IMG/VR virus record: IMGVR_UViG_2939521961_000018
Reading direction: 5' to 3' (one strand)
Origin: a virus
Taxonomy: Duplodnaviria; Heunggongvirae; Uroviricota; Caudoviricetes
DNA: 64,000 bases
Part shown: one piece after another, positions 63,219 to 64,000 of the stretch
How the letters are laid out: each line of letters begins with the position of its first letter
How positions within the stretch are numbered: the first letter of the stretch is position 1
Made by a program: the position numbers and the translations under genes
Notes under the pieces: generated by a model
What the model was told of the DNA's origin: nothing
Seen by the model: the letters and a program-made list of their open reading frames with translations, nothing else
The model's database searches: none

Positions 63219-64000
63219 TCACTCCACCTTTTCATCAAGCCAGTCCGCCCACCATTGCATCATTTCTCTGCGCTTATCGAGATACTGAGCATGGTTGTAA
63301 ATACCGCGCACAGATCCGCCGTTGGCATGTGCCAGTTGCACTTCAATAGCGTCAGCAGGCCATTCGTGCTCGTTCATAATCGTGCTGAATTCATGCCTGA
63401 ATCCGTGACCGCTTTCCAGACCCTCATAGCCGATTTGTTTGATCACAAGTAGCACCGCGTTCTCGCAGATTGGCTTCTTCTTATCGTTGCGCCCGGCAAA
63501 AACAAATTCTGATACTGGTTTGGTGATGGAGCTTAACGTAGTGAGAAGTTCAACCACCTGGTCCGACATCGGGACAACATGAATTTTGCGTCCCTTCATC
63601 ACATTGGCGTCAATGGTGATAATCCTGTTTTCAAAATCGACGTTCTTCCATTGCATGGAACGAAGCTCTTTTGTTCTTAGGGCTGTGTAGCGTAAAACCT
63701 TGGTGGCAATGAGCGATACGATACTTCCTGAAAATGTTGCCAGTGCTTTATTGAATGCCGGGATCTGGTCTGCAGGAAGAAACGGGAAGTTCTTCTTGCG
63801 GTATCCCCTCATGGCGTCAGCAAGGTCAGGTGCCGGGTTATATTTAGCCCTGCCGGTGACAATAGCGTAACGGAAAACCTCGCCGCATCTTCTGCGGGCT
63901 TTATTTGCTCGCTCCATTGCACCGCGATCTTCAAATCTGCGGATTACTTCCAGCAGTTGCATCGGCTCAATATCCTGAATTTCAAGGCCGCCGATGATAG
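63219..64000 (-). CDS. P4-type tyrosine integrase, partial (5' end beyond window)
   Basis: LRTKELRSMQWKNVDFENRIITI, HGFRHEFSTIM, RGIYNHAQYLDKRREMMQWWADWLD; the frame stays open upstream of the first ATG to the window edge. Confidence 0.85.
   Translation of the reverse strand, partial: IIGGLEIQDIEPMQLLEVIRRFEDRGAMERANKARRRCGEVFRYAIVTGRAKYNPAPDLADAMRGYRKKNFPFLPADQIPAFNKALATFSGSIVSLIATKVLRYTALRTKELRSMQWKNVDFENRIITIDANVMKGRKIHVVPMSDQVVELLTTLSSITKPVSEFVFAGRNDKKKPICENAVLLVIKQIGYEGLESGHGFRHEFSTIMNEHEWPADAIEVQLAHANGGSVRGIYNHAQYLDKRREMMQWWADWLDEKVE

Noticed and set aside
63205-63235. tRNA-like T-arm (GGTGG-TTCACTC-CCACC) near the integrase 3' end, a possible att-associated tRNA fragment
   Set aside because: No acceptor stem or CCA follows and the loop lacks the conserved T-loop A58; reads better as a hairpin with a T-run, i.e. 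a plus-strand terminator after the acyltransferase gene.
1-64000. CRISPR arrays, rRNA and tRNA genes
   Set aside because: No run of regularly spaced direct repeats with unique spacers, and no region with tRNA cloverleaf hallmarks or rRNA-like conservation, was seen on reading both strands; a tRNA scan was not run.

Overview
Enterobacterial (Escherichia/Shigella-type) chromosome segment made almost entirely of accessory DNA; no rRNA, tRNA or CRISPR array was seen by eye. (1) 1-8.5 kb: distal backbone of a CP4-44/CP4-57-like integrative island, all on the minus strand (cbeA/yeeU antitoxin, yeeT, radC-like yeeS, KlcA-like antirestriction, DUF932, Ag43 autotransporter with its Dam/OxyR GATC phase switch, yeeP GTPase), carrying one IS600 insertion. 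(2) 8.6-25.6 kb: AT-rich variable cargo that looks like a defense island. It holds several gene pairs of unknown function with nuclease, HEPN-like, P-loop NTPase and membrane signatures, tandem IS66-family elements, a degraded IS3-like element, 1.3 kb of ORF-free AT-rich DNA and the 3' fragment of a P4-type integrase cut by IS600. The best candidate for an undescribed system is the 786-aa PD-(D/E)xK nuclease plus STAND-like NTPase protein at 20086-22446 with its upstream membrane protein and inverted-repeat-bounded element. (3) 26.9-63.0 kb: a mosaic lambdoid prophage with P22-like N and nut sites, cI/cro/cII immunity, lambda-type O with ori iterons, DnaB helicase, nin region, lambda-type Q-PR'-tR' and S/R/Rz/Rz1, and Sf6/P22-like morphogenesis genes. 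Its scaffold and coat genes are each split by an IS (IS600, IS629) with perfect 3-bp target duplications, so it is defective; it ends with a tailspike and an O-antigen acetyltransferase-like gene. (4) 63.2-64.0 kb: 3' part of a second P4-type integrase. All identifications are from reading the sequence and recalled protein families, no searches were run; coordinates of non-ORF features are approximate (about +/-2 bp).
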